Shown here: one piece after another, positions 53,652 to 62,571 of the stretch
How positions within the stretch are numbered: the stretch's first letter is position 1
Layout: every line of letters starts with the position of its first letter
From: Clostridia bacterium
GTDB lineage: Bacteria; Bacillota; Clostridia; Oscillospirales; CAG-382
DNA length: 64,000 nt
Direction of reading: 5' to 3'
Assembly (NCBI GenBank): GCA_017447445.1
Contig: JAFSNK010000024.1
Span: forward strand, 30,877 to 94,876
Position numbers and translations under genes: made by a program
Notes under the pieces: generated by a model
Databases searched by the model: none
What the model was told of the DNA's origin: nothing
What the model saw: the letters and a program-made list of their open reading frames with translations, nothing else

Positions 53652-55966
53652 CTGATTTTAATAAAACAGATCTCTCTGAAGCCGATATCCGCACCAAGTA
53701 TATTACGCCTGCCATTGTAAAAGCAGGTTGGAGTTCCTTTTCACAGATGCGGGAGGAATACCCCATCACAAAAGGGCGCATTATCGCTCGCGGCAAAACC
53801 TGCAAACGGGAGAAACCGTTAAAGGCGGATTACGTTCTCTTCTACAAGCCCAATAAGCCCATTGCGATTGTCGAGGCAAAAGACAACAATCACTCCATCG
53901 GCGACGGGATGCAACAGGCGCTCAATTATGCCAAAATGATGGACGTGCCGTTTGTTTTTTCCTCCAACGGCGACGGTTTTGTTTTTCATAATAAATTTAT
54001 CACCGAAGGCGACGTTGAGGTAACACTGTCGTTGGATGAGTTTCCTTCGCCTGAAACGCTGTGGAAGATGTACCATGAACAGGCTCACGTTAATCCTACT
54101 CAGGACAAAATCATCGACGAGCCGTATTATTCGGACAATCCCGATAAACAGCCGCGTTATTATCAGATGAACGCCGTCAACAAAACAGTGGAAGCGATCG
54201 CCAACGGCGAAAACCGCGTTCTGCTCGTTATGGCGACCGGCACCGGCAAGACTTACACCGCATTCCAGATCATATGGCGCTTGTGGAAAGCGGGCATCAA
54301 AAAACGCATTTTGTTCCTTGCCGACCGCACAGCGCTGATCTCGCAGACATTCACCAACGATTTTGCGCCGTTCAAGGATAAAATGACGTGGGTAACGAAA
54401 CAGAACTTCGATACCGCTCATGAGATCTATCTTGCGCTTTATCAAGGGTTGACGGGCGAAGACGAAGATGCAAACAGCTTGTTCCAGCAATTCAGCCCCG
54501 GTTTCTTTGATCTTGTCGTCGTAGATGAGTGCCACCGTGGCAGCGCAAAGGCGGACAGCCAGTGGCGTGAAGTGCTGGAATACTTCACCTCCGCTACACA
54601 GATCGGTCTGACAGCCACGCCAAAAGAAACAAATACGGTTTCCAACATCGATTATTTCGGCGAACCGATTTATACATATTCTCTGAAACAGGGCATCGAC
54701 GACGGTTTTCTCGCACCGTATCGCGTGATCCGCGTGTTCTTCGACCGCGACATTGAGGGTTTTGTGCCTTATGACGGACAGCTTGACGATAACGGCGAGG
54801 TAATCGACAACCGTGTTTACAATACCACCGATTTTGATAGGAACCTCGTGCTGGAACGGCGCACCAAACTCGTTGCGAAAACAGTTTCCGATTATCTCAA
54901 AAAGCACGATTGTAGGATGGATAAAACCATCTTCTTCTGTGTGGATCAGGAACACGCCGACCGTATGCGCCGCGCACTGATCAACGAAAATGCCGATCTT
55001 TGCGCTGTGGACGACCGTTACGTTATGCGGATCACCGCCAACGATGAAGAAGGCGTCAAGCAACTCGACAATTTCCGTAATGTGGAGAGCCAGTATCCCG
55101 TGCTCGTTACGACTTCGAAACTTCTTTCCACCGGCGTTGACATTCAGACGGTTAAATACATAGTTCTGGATTCCAACATTCGTTCCATGACGGAGTTCAA
55201 ACAGATCATCGGTCGCGGCACTCGTGTGCGCGAAGATCTCGGAAAACTTTACTTTACGATTTTCGATTTTCGCGATGTCACTCGCCTGTTCCATGATCCC
55301 GACTTTGATGGTCCTATCGAACAGCAAGATGATTTTGAACCGAATAAACCGGGTCCCGGGCCTGACGAGCCGCCGAAGGTCCCATCGAAAAATGGTGAAA
55401 AAAAGCCGAAATATGTGTTGGGCGATACGACCGTGACGGTGTCGCAAAAACACGTTCAGTATCTTGATAAAAACGGCAATCTCATTACGGAAAGCCTGAT
55501 CGACTATACTAAACGAAACGTCCGCAGTCAGTACGCATCGCTGGATGATTTCCTTTCAGCATGGAACGATGCAGATAGAAAACAGGCAGTTGTAGATGAA
55601 CTGGAAAAGCGCGGCGTGTTCTTCGATGATCTCTGTGATGAAATCGGGAAAGATCTTGACCCGTTCGATTTGATTCTACACATCGTGTTCGACCAGCCCC
55701 CACTGACACGAAAAGAACGCGCAGAACACGTTCGTAAACGCAATTATTTCACCAAGTACGGCGAAAAAGCTGCTGAGATCCTTGAAGCGCTTTTGACGAA
55801 ATACGCCAGCAGCGGCTTGAACGATCTCGAAAACGTGGACGTGCTGAAGGTCGATCCTATAAAACAATACGGCACACAAGTTTATATTATCAATACCATC
55901 TTTGGCGGCATTGCAAAATACCGCGAGGCAATAAAAGAATTGGAAGCGGCAATTTATGCTGCATAA
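53648..55966 (+). CDS. hsdR: Type I restriction enzyme R subunit (EcoEI-like, 772 aa)
   Basis: N-terminal LSEADIRTKYITPAIVKAGW. Helicase motifs MATGTGKT, VVVDECHRGSA and LTATP. EcoEI_R_C-like C-terminus. Confidence 0.9.
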   Translation: MTDFNKTDLSEADIRTKYITPAIVKAGWSSFSQMREEYPITKGRIIARGKTCKREKPLKADYVLFYKPNKPIAIVEAKDNNHSIGDGMQQALNYAKMMDVPFVFSSNGDGFVFHNKFITEGDVEVTLSLDEFPSPETLWKMYHEQAHVNPTQDKIIDEPYYSDNPDKQPRYYQMNAVNKTVEAIANGENRVLLVMATGTGKTYTAFQIIWRLWKAGIKKRILFLADRTALISQTFTNDFAPFKDKMTWVTKQNFDTAHEIYLALYQGLTGEDEDANSLFQQFSPGFFDLVVVDECHRGSAKADSQWREVLEYFTSATQIGLTATPKETNTVSNIDYFGEPIYTYSLKQGIDDGFLAPYRVIRVFFDRDIEGFVPYDGQLDDNGEVIDNRVYNTTDFDRNLVLERRTKLVAKTVSDYLKKHDCRMDKTIFFCVDQEHADRMRRALINENADLCAVDDRYVMRITANDEEGVKQLDNFRNVESQYPVLVTTSKLLSTGVDIQTVKYIVLDSNIRSMTEFKQIIGRGTRVREDLGKLYFTIFDFRDVTRLFHDPDFDGPIEQQDDFEPNKPGPGPDEPPKVPSKNGEKKPKYVLGDTTVTVSQKHVQYLDKNGNLITESLIDYTKRNVRSQYASLDDFLSAWNDADRKQAVVDELEKRGVFFDDLCDEIGKDLDPFDLILHIVFDQPPLTRKERAEHVRKRNYFTKYGEKAAEILEALLTKYASSGLNDLENVDVLKVDPIKQYGTQVYIINTIFGGIAKYREAIKELEAAIYAA

Positions 55967-55983
55967 TAGAAGGAGAATAGCGG

Positions 55984-56655
55984 ATGACAAGTCAAGAATT
56001 TGATAATTCTTTTTGGACTCATTATATTATGCTTGAAAAAGAGTTTATGAGCACGGCGTCCTATGTAAGAATTGATCCGGAAAACTACAATACCTTCTCA
56101 AATACTTATGCAAAATTATTGCTTCAAATTGGGAGTGAGGTTGATGTTGTTGCAAAAGAGACTTGCAAACTGATTCGCCCACAGTTTCGTGGTGAGAAGA
56201 TTTACCAATATTATAACGTGCTATCTTGTGAAACAGATTTTATTAACACAAAAGTTCCACTCCTTAATTACAATATCGTTCTTGAGCCATGGAAAGATAT
56301 CTATCTGTGCCCAATTGATAATAACACCCATATCGTGTGGTGGATGGCTTACAATAAAGTTAAGCATGAAAGAACGGGCACGGTTGAAATAAATGGCGTT
56401 TCAAAAGAGAGTTATAAATTTGCAAACCTTAAGAACACGTTAAGCGCTTTGGGCGGGCTTTATCAACTTCTTTTGCATACTTACTATTTAGTGTTGAAAA
56501 CCGAGGGCAAGGTCATAGATTCTCCTCTTCCGGGTTCTCGTCTGTTCAAAATAGAAGGAACCATCTGGAATAGTGTAAATTTTGCGTTTGATCACAAGTT
56601 CCATATTGACGATAACGGGTGTCTTATTTTAACAACTTCTACAATTCCGTATTAA
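55984..56655 (+). CDS. Hypothetical protein inserted between hsdR and hsdM (possible HEPN/Abi-like)
   Basis: 223-aa AT-rich ORF. The only recognisable feature is WWMAYNKVKHERTG, an N-x3-H-x-R string reminiscent of the HEPN R/N-x4-6-H motif. Confidence 0.5.
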   Translation: MTSQEFDNSFWTHYIMLEKEFMSTASYVRIDPENYNTFSNTYAKLLLQIGSEVDVVAKETCKLIRPQFRGEKIYQYYNVLSCETDFINTKVPLLNYNIVLEPWKDIYLCPIDNNTHIVWWMAYNKVKHERTGTVEINGVSKESYKFANLKNTLSALGGLYQLLLHTYYLVLKTEGKVIDSPLPGSRLFKIEGTIWNSVNFAFDHKFHIDDNGCLILTTSTIPY

Positions 56656-56667
56656 GGAGAACTCACT

Positions 56668-58116
56668 ATGGCAATGTCTGCATTGATAAAATCGTTGGAA
56701 GACATCATGCGCAAGGACGCCGGCTTGAACGGCGACGCGCAGTATATTGAGCAGATCACGTGGCTCTTGTTCCTGAAAGCTTTTGACGCAAAGGAGATGG
56801 AATGGGAATTCCGCCCCGATTATCACGGAGTGATCCCGGAGGGGCTGCGCTGGCGCGACTGGGCTGCGGATAAGGAAGGTATCACCGGCGACGCTTTGAT
56901 TTCTTTTGTCGATACGCTTTTTGCAAAACTCAAAAAACTCGACACGTCCGACGGCGATATGAAAAAATACGTCGTCCGCAACGTGTTCGAGGACATCAAC
57001 AACTATATGAAATCCGGCGTCTATCTGCGCCAACTCATCAATCGTATCAACGAAAAAGTGGATTTCATCGACGCGACGCAGAAGCATACCTTCAACGATT
57101 TGTATGAGGGCATGCTCAAAGACCTGCAAAGCGCCGGTCGCGCGGGTGAGTTTTATACGCCGCGCCCAGTCACCAATTTCATCGTGGAAAAGGTCGATCC
57201 CAAACTCGGCGAAACCGTGCTTGACCCCGCATGCGGAACGGGCGGCTTTCTCACCAGTACCATCGCGCACCTCGGCAGCGTAAAAACGACGGAAGAACTG
57301 GAAAAACTGCAAACAACGATCAACGGCTGGGAGAAAAAGCCGCTGCCGTATCTGCTTGCCATGACCAATCTCATTCTGCACGATATCGAAGTGCCGCGTA
57401 TCCGCCACCAGAATTCCCTCAACCGTCCGCTGTCGGACTATTCCGCCAAAGACCGCGTGGACGTGATCGTCACCAACCCGCCCTTCGGCGGTGCGGAGGA
57501 CGCGGCGGTCAAGCAGAATTTCCCTTCGGATATGCAGACCAGCGAAACAGCGGATCTGTTTATGGCGCTCATTATGAATTTGCTGAAAGATCGCGGGCGC
57601 TGCGGCGTGGTTCTGCCGGACGGCTTCATGTTCGGCGACGGCGTGAAGGCGACGATCAAAGAAAAGCTGCTCAAAGAATACGGCCTGCATACGATCATCC
57701 GTCTTCCGCAGGTGTTCAAACCCTACGCCAGCGTCAACACTAATTTGCTGTTCTTCCAGAAGGGCGTTACCAGCCGCGGCGTGTGGTTCTATCGGCTCGA
57801 CTATCCGGAAGGCGTCAAGAGCTTCACCAAAACCAAGCCGATGCAGGATAAGCACTTTGACCCCGTGCGGAAATGGTGGGCGGATAAACAGCCCATCGTC
57901 GTGGACGGGTTTGACAAAGCGCGCTTTTATACCGCGGAAGAACTGCGCGATCTGAACTACGATTTCGACAAGTGCTGCCCCTTCCCGCACGAGGAAGAAG
58001 AAATTTTGGAGCCGAACGATCTGATCGCCCGTTATCAGGCGGAGCGCACCGAATTGAACACCAATATCGACCGTATTCTTGCCGACATTACGGCAAAACT
58101 GGGGGGCAACGCATGA
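56668..58116 (+). CDS. hsdM: Type I R-M N6-adenine DNA methyltransferase subunit
   Basis: HsdM N-domain (..ITWLLFLKAFD..). AdoMet motif DPACGTGGFL. Catalytic VTNPPFGG. Confidence 0.9.
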   Translation: MAMSALIKSLEDIMRKDAGLNGDAQYIEQITWLLFLKAFDAKEMEWEFRPDYHGVIPEGLRWRDWAADKEGITGDALISFVDTLFAKLKKLDTSDGDMKKYVVRNVFEDINNYMKSGVYLRQLINRINEKVDFIDATQKHTFNDLYEGMLKDLQSAGRAGEFYTPRPVTNFIVEKVDPKLGETVLDPACGTGGFLTSTIAHLGSVKTTEELEKLQTTINGWEKKPLPYLLAMTNLILHDIEVPRIRHQNSLNRPLSDYSAKDRVDVIVTNPPFGGAEDAAVKQNFPSDMQTSETADLFMALIMNLLKDRGRCGVVLPDGFMFGDGVKATIKEKLLKEYGLHTIIRLPQVFKPYASVNTNLLFFQKGVTSRGVWFYRLDYPEGVKSFTKTKPMQDKHFDPVRKWWADKQPIVVDGFDKARFYTAEELRDLNYDFDKCCPFPHEEEEILEPNDLIARYQAERTELNTNIDRILADITAKLGGNA

Positions 58117-59534
58117 CAGCGCAGGATTTGAAAAACGCCATCCTTCAACTTGCCGTGCAAGGAAAACTGGTGCCGCAAAACCCGAACGACGAACCGGCGT
58201 CGGAGTTGCTAAAACGGATCGAAGTGGAAAAAGCCGCACTGATAAAGGCTGGCAGAATTAAGAAGTATAAAACACTAACTGCCCTTTCAGCGGATGATTT
58301 GCCGTTTGACATTCCCGAATCGTGGTGTTGGCTTAAGCTCGGAAGCATGTGTCAATTACTGGACGGGGAGAAGAAAAAAGGCATAAGCTACCCATATTTA
58401 GAAGCAAAATTTCTGCGTGGAAAAGCCGCTGCTACCATGAACAACGAGGGGAAATACGTAACAAAAGGGACACGATTGATTCTGGTCGATGGCGAGAACT
58501 CCGGAGAGGTCTTTTTTGCGACAGAGGACGGCTACATGGGAAGTACATTTAAGGTTCTTTTCTTCCCGCAAGAGTTGTTTGCTGGATATGTGTTGTATTT
58601 TTTACAGTTCAAGCAGTTGGCGTTTCGAAATAACAAAACGGGGTCTGCTATCCCACACCTAAACAAAGAACTGTTTTTTAACATGCCATTTCCCGTGCCT
58701 CCCCTTGCTGAACAGGAGCGCATCGTTGCAAAAATCGAAGAGCTGATGACGCTGGTGGAGGAATACGGAAAAGCGGAAGAGCGGTTGACCGTGCTGAACG
58801 CCGAGTTCCCGGACAAGCTCCGCAAATCTATTTTGCAGCAGGCGATCCAGGGCAAACTCACCGAGCGCGACCCCGCCGACGAGCCCGCCTCCGAACTTCT
58901 CAAACGCATCCGCGCCGAAAAAGAACGCCTCATCAAAGAGGGTAAGATCAAAAAGGATAGGCGAACGGAAGAATTAGGTGTTCCATCGGTAGAAGATATT
59001 ACATTTGATATTCCAATTGGTTGGGAATGTGTTTATTTAGGAAGCATTCTAAATAAATTGACAGACGGAACGCATAAAACCCCGAAATATACAAATAGTG
59101 GTGTAAAATTTGTGTCTGTAAAAGATATGAGTAATGGAGTCCTTTCATTGGAAAAGACGAAGTATATCTCTGAAAAAGAACATAATGAATTATATTTAAG
59201 ATGTGATCCTATGCGTGGAGATATGTTGCTTTCAAAAGTTGGGACTACTGGGGTACCTGCAATAGTTGACACAGACGAGCCGTTTAGTTTATTCGTAAGT
59301 GTAGCATTACTAAAATATAATCATAGTTGCATTAACGAACAGTTCTTCTATTATTTATTACAAAGTCCGTTAGTGCAAGAGCAAGCTGAATTCAATACAC
59401 GCGGTGCAGGAAATAAAAATTGGGTATTAGATGCAATAGCTAAAACAATTATTGTTATCCCTCCTCTTGCCGAGCAACAGCGCATCGTTGACCGTGTAAA
59501 CGAACTCCTCGCCGTGTGCGATAAATTGAAATGA
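58113..59534 (+). CDS. hsdS: Type I R-M specificity subunit
   Basis: Two TRDs separated by conserved repeats (..AVQGKLVPQNPNDEPASELLKRI.. and ..AIQGKLTERDPADEPASELLKRI..; LAEQERIV/LAEQQRIV). The ATG at 58113 overlaps the hsdM TGA. Confidence 0.9.
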   Translation: MTAQDLKNAILQLAVQGKLVPQNPNDEPASELLKRIEVEKAALIKAGRIKKYKTLTALSADDLPFDIPESWCWLKLGSMCQLLDGEKKKGISYPYLEAKFLRGKAAATMNNEGKYVTKGTRLILVDGENSGEVFFATEDGYMGSTFKVLFFPQELFAGYVLYFLQFKQLAFRNNKTGSAIPHLNKELFFNMPFPVPPLAEQERIVAKIEELMTLVEEYGKAEERLTVLNAEFPDKLRKSILQQAIQGKLTERDPADEPASELLKRIRAEKERLIKEGKIKKDRRTEELGVPSVEDITFDIPIGWECVYLGSILNKLTDGTHKTPKYTNSGVKFVSVKDMSNGVLSLEKTKYISEKEHNELYLRCDPMRGDMLLSKVGTTGVPAIVDTDEPFSLFVSVALLKYNHSCINEQFFYYLLQSPLVQEQAEFNTRGAGNKNWVLDAIAKTIIVIPPLAEQQRIVDRVNELLAVCDKLK

Positions 59535-59543
59535 GGTAAAAAT

Positions 59544-60488
59544 TTGGCACATAAAAAAATAGAGACTATCATAAATGATAAGATTCATCCTTTTACACTT
59601 AATGAAAAAGGCAAAGCGGATCTGGCGCAAATCATTCGCAAGTATCCTTATGACTTGCTAGTAGAATGCATAGATATAGGCGTGGCAACGTATTTTCACT
59701 ATGACGAAAATGGGAAGCTTATACAGGATTCCGTTCGGACTTTTTTAAACAAACTCGGCGGAATTGCATATAACAAATCCCGTTCACCAATTGATCAAGA
59801 AATCAATCATCTGAAAAATAAAGGTCAATCTATTTTCCGTTACTGGGATTCAAAAAAAGCAGATGAGTTGCTACACTTGTATGTTAAAGAATTAGCTTTG
59901 TATGGTTGGTCAGAGCAAATGATACTTGCGGATTTGCAAGGTGAATCATCACGTATGATGAATAATGCAAAAAATTGGTCAACATGGGTTGATATAATTG
60001 AGCATTGGATAAACGAAATAAAACATTGGAGCGACGAAGATACTGTTACTATTAGTCAATCGGGATCGGTGTTGCCAATCGAACTGTTTAATGGTCTTCC
60101 AAATAATGTTTGTACTTTATGCAAGCAAATAAACGCAAGTTATGAAAACAATCTTTATGATTGCGCGGCTGTAATGATGCGCCGGTTGTTAGAGGGATTA
60201 CTAGTGCTATCATTTCAAAACGCAGGCATTGAATCTGAAATAACAGACAAAAGCGGAAAGCATCATATTTCTCTAGATAATATGATAAAAAACGCAGAAC
60301 AGAATTCGGTGTTGGCACTTTCTGCGAACACAAAAAAGGATATGGCTTTATTTAAGGATTTGGGAAACTATTCTGCACACAAAATATGGTACAATTGCAC
60401 ACAGAGTGACTTGAGACCTCACATTTTGAAATACAGAGCCATTATTGAAGAGCTAATGTATAAATCCGGCACAAAAACGGTATCATGA
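59544..60488 (+). CDS. Hypothetical protein with C-terminal DUF4145-like module
   Basis: C-terminal ..YDCAAVMMRRLLEGLLV..FKDLGNYSAHK.. resembles DUF4145, which is often R-M associated. The N-terminal 190 aa are unassigned. TTG start 7 nt after GAGG. Confidence 0.55.
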   Translation: MAHKKIETIINDKIHPFTLNEKGKADLAQIIRKYPYDLLVECIDIGVATYFHYDENGKLIQDSVRTFLNKLGGIAYNKSRSPIDQEINHLKNKGQSIFRYWDSKKADELLHLYVKELALYGWSEQMILADLQGESSRMMNNAKNWSTWVDIIEHWINEIKHWSDEDTVTISQSGSVLPIELFNGLPNNVCTLCKQINASYENNLYDCAAVMMRRLLEGLLVLSFQNAGIESEITDKSGKHHISLDNMIKNAEQNSVLALSANTKKDMALFKDLGNYSAHKIWYNCTQSDLRPHILKYRAIIEELMYKSGTKTVS

Positions 60489-60520
60489 GCAATTGTGTCG
60501 TTTTCACAGGTAAAACGGGG

Positions 60521-60610
60521 CATTACCCACTTTGCCTTTACGAACAACAATATCAGTTTATAATTAATCGTGCAATCGAAATCCTCGCCGTGTGCGATGA
60601 ATTGAAATGA
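60521..60610 (+). pseudogene. Remnant of an hsdS C-terminal conserved region
   Basis: Translates ..PLCLYEQQYQFIINRAIEILAVCDELK*, compared with the hsdS end PPLAEQQRIVDRVNELLAVCDKLK*. At DNA level 60582-60615 matches 59506-59539 at 32/34 positions. Confidence 0.65.
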
Positions 60611-60617
60611 GGAAATT

Positions 60618-61256
60618 ATGGATTATTCAACGCTTAATCGATTGAAGGACAAGCTGGAGCAGGCGACCAGTGCTGCTCAGGTGGCGAGTATTTCTGCCGA
60701 AATTGAAAAGGAAGAGCGCAGAATTCGAGAGGCAGAAGAACGAGAAGAACGCCAAAAAGAGGCATTGATTTCCAGTGTTGAATCACTTAGACATGTTTCG
60801 CAGTCGCTACCACTAAGGCAACAGGTGGAAGGTTTTATTGAACGCGGCAAAGTAATCATGAAAGAAGAATACCACCACATAACAGAACCCGGATTGGCGA
60901 TGCCGGGTTATATCAGCGGCCCAAAATCCGATCAATGGTTCAGCGAGATTCACATATTCAATAGCCGACATTTTAAAAAACATCCGCTACATGATCAGAT
61001 TGAAAAAGTGTGTAAAGTTCATAACAGATCATATTCCGCTTACGACGATATGATGGGATACTTAAAGGCTCTTGCTACGGACGATGCTTTTTGGAAAGAG
61101 ATGGAACAAAAGGAGACTACAATGCTTCAGAATAATAGGGGCTCGATTGCTCAGATCATGTTAAAAGACATTGAGCGTTGCAAACAATACCTAGATAATC
61201 CGATACCACTCCAAATCACACGCGGCTTCTCGTCCTTTACAAAGGCAAGTGCCTGA
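60618..61256 (+). CDS. Hypothetical protein with N-terminal coiled coil
   Basis: 212-aa ORF with a GAGGA RBS. No recognisable motif. Confidence 0.5.
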   Translation: MDYSTLNRLKDKLEQATSAAQVASISAEIEKEERRIREAEEREERQKEALISSVESLRHVSQSLPLRQQVEGFIERGKVIMKEEYHHITEPGLAMPGYISGPKSDQWFSEIHIFNSRHFKKHPLHDQIEKVCKVHNRSYSAYDDMMGYLKALATDDAFWKEMEQKETTMLQNNRGSIAQIMLKDIERCKQYLDNPIPLQITRGFSSFTKASA

Positions 61257-61261
61257 TCCAC

Positions 61262-61684
61262 TTGAAATACGAATTCAAGCTTTGCGGTTGGGATGAAACT
61301 CCCGCAAGCAGGCTTTGTTACTACCGTGAACTGCGGGATATGAGCCGTGACCGCCTGAGTGAGCTGACCGGCGTCGCCGTAGGAGAACTGCAAAACTACG
61401 AGGCAGGTAAGCAGGACATCTATTACGCGGTCGCCGAAAAGCTTTCTGAAGCGCTTGATATCGACATATCGCTTCTGCTTGACGACTACACCGCGTTCCT
61501 GTCTCCCGGCTACGGAAACAGAATAAAAGCCATCCGAGAAACGACCGGTCTTTCTCAAAAAGCCTTTGCCGAAAGGCTCGGGATCAATCGCGGAACGGTG
61601 GCGATATGGGAGATCGAGCATCATCACCCATCCCGCAAAAACTATGAGATATTGAGAAAGGTGAAACCCAGAGGTGTTGTATGA
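61262..61684 (+). CDS. Tandem XRE-type HTH transcriptional regulator
   Basis: Two HTH_3-like units (..MSRDRLSELTGVAVGELQNYEAGK.. and ..TGLSQKAFAERLGINRGTVAIWE..). TTG start. Confidence 0.65.
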   Translation: MKYEFKLCGWDETPASRLCYYRELRDMSRDRLSELTGVAVGELQNYEAGKQDIYYAVAEKLSEALDIDISLLLDDYTAFLSPGYGNRIKAIRETTGLSQKAFAERLGINRGTVAIWEIEHHHPSRKNYEILRKVKPRGVV

Positions 61685-62454
61685 ACCAGACTGAAAAACG
61701 CCTGTATTTGATAAAAGAACTGCTCTCCGAGCAGTCGAGATATAAGGATATTGAGATCCCTACCGGAACGCAGGAACAAAAGGACTTGCTTCGTTCCCTG
61801 ATGAACGTGCGGATGCCTGCACCGATCTCGGAAGAGTATATCAGAATTGAAAGTGAATATCTGAGAGCGGAGACTGAAGCGAAAGGGATAACGCGCCTGT
61901 CCGATCTCACACCTGTCGAGGACGACTTGTATTTATGGCAGGGCGACATAACAACGATTGAATGCGACGCTATCGTCAACGCCGCCAATTCTCAGATGCT
62001 CGGTTGTTTCCGACCTCTCCACAACTGCGAGGACAACTGTGTTCACAGCGCTGCGGGACTGCGCTTGCGCAATTTCTGCAACGACATTATGGAAAAGCAA
62101 GGTTATGAGGAGCCGACCGGTCAGGCGAAGATCACGCCCGCGTTTAACCTTCCGAGCAAATACGTCCTCCACACGGTCGGTCCGATAGTTAACGGCTCCT
62201 TGACGGATAAGCATTGTAAACTGCTTGCTTCCTGTTATACATCTTGCCTGAAACTCGCAGATGAAAACGATTGTGAAAGCATTGCTTTCTGCTGCATCTC
62301 CACCGGCGTATTCGGCTTTCCGCAGCTCGAAGCGGCGAAGATCGCTATTCAGACGGTTCGAGAATATAAGAAGCAGACCGGTAGCCATATCAAGGTCGTT
62401 TTCAACGTGTTCAAGGACGAGGATCTTGCTATCTACCGTGCAAATCTGGAATAG
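61681..62454 (+). CDS. Macrodomain protein-ADP-ribose hydrolase (MacroD type with N-terminal helical extension)
   Basis: ..LWQGDITTIECDAIVNAANSQMLGC..CVHSAAG..AKITPAFNLPSKYVLHTVGP..ISTGVFGFP... ATGA overlap with the HTH gene. Confidence 0.8.
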   Translation: MNQTEKRLYLIKELLSEQSRYKDIEIPTGTQEQKDLLRSLMNVRMPAPISEEYIRIESEYLRAETEAKGITRLSDLTPVEDDLYLWQGDITTIECDAIVNAANSQMLGCFRPLHNCEDNCVHSAAGLRLRNFCNDIMEKQGYEEPTGQAKITPAFNLPSKYVLHTVGPIVNGSLTDKHCKLLASCYTSCLKLADENDCESIAFCCISTGVFGFPQLEAAKIAIQTVREYKKQTGSHIKVVFNVFKDEDLAIYRANLE

Positions 62455-62571
62455 CATAGAGACACGATCCATTTTTCAGCAAGGTTTTCAACAAAAATCT
62501 GCGCTTTCCATCCGCACATTCGACGATTATCGCCTCCTCTGCTACAATGTGGGCAAAGGAGGCGATATGCT

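Noticed and set aside
53819-58239. 544-aa and 536-aa minus-strand ORFs
   Set aside because: They are antisense to hsdR and hsdM respectively, both of which have canonical motifs.
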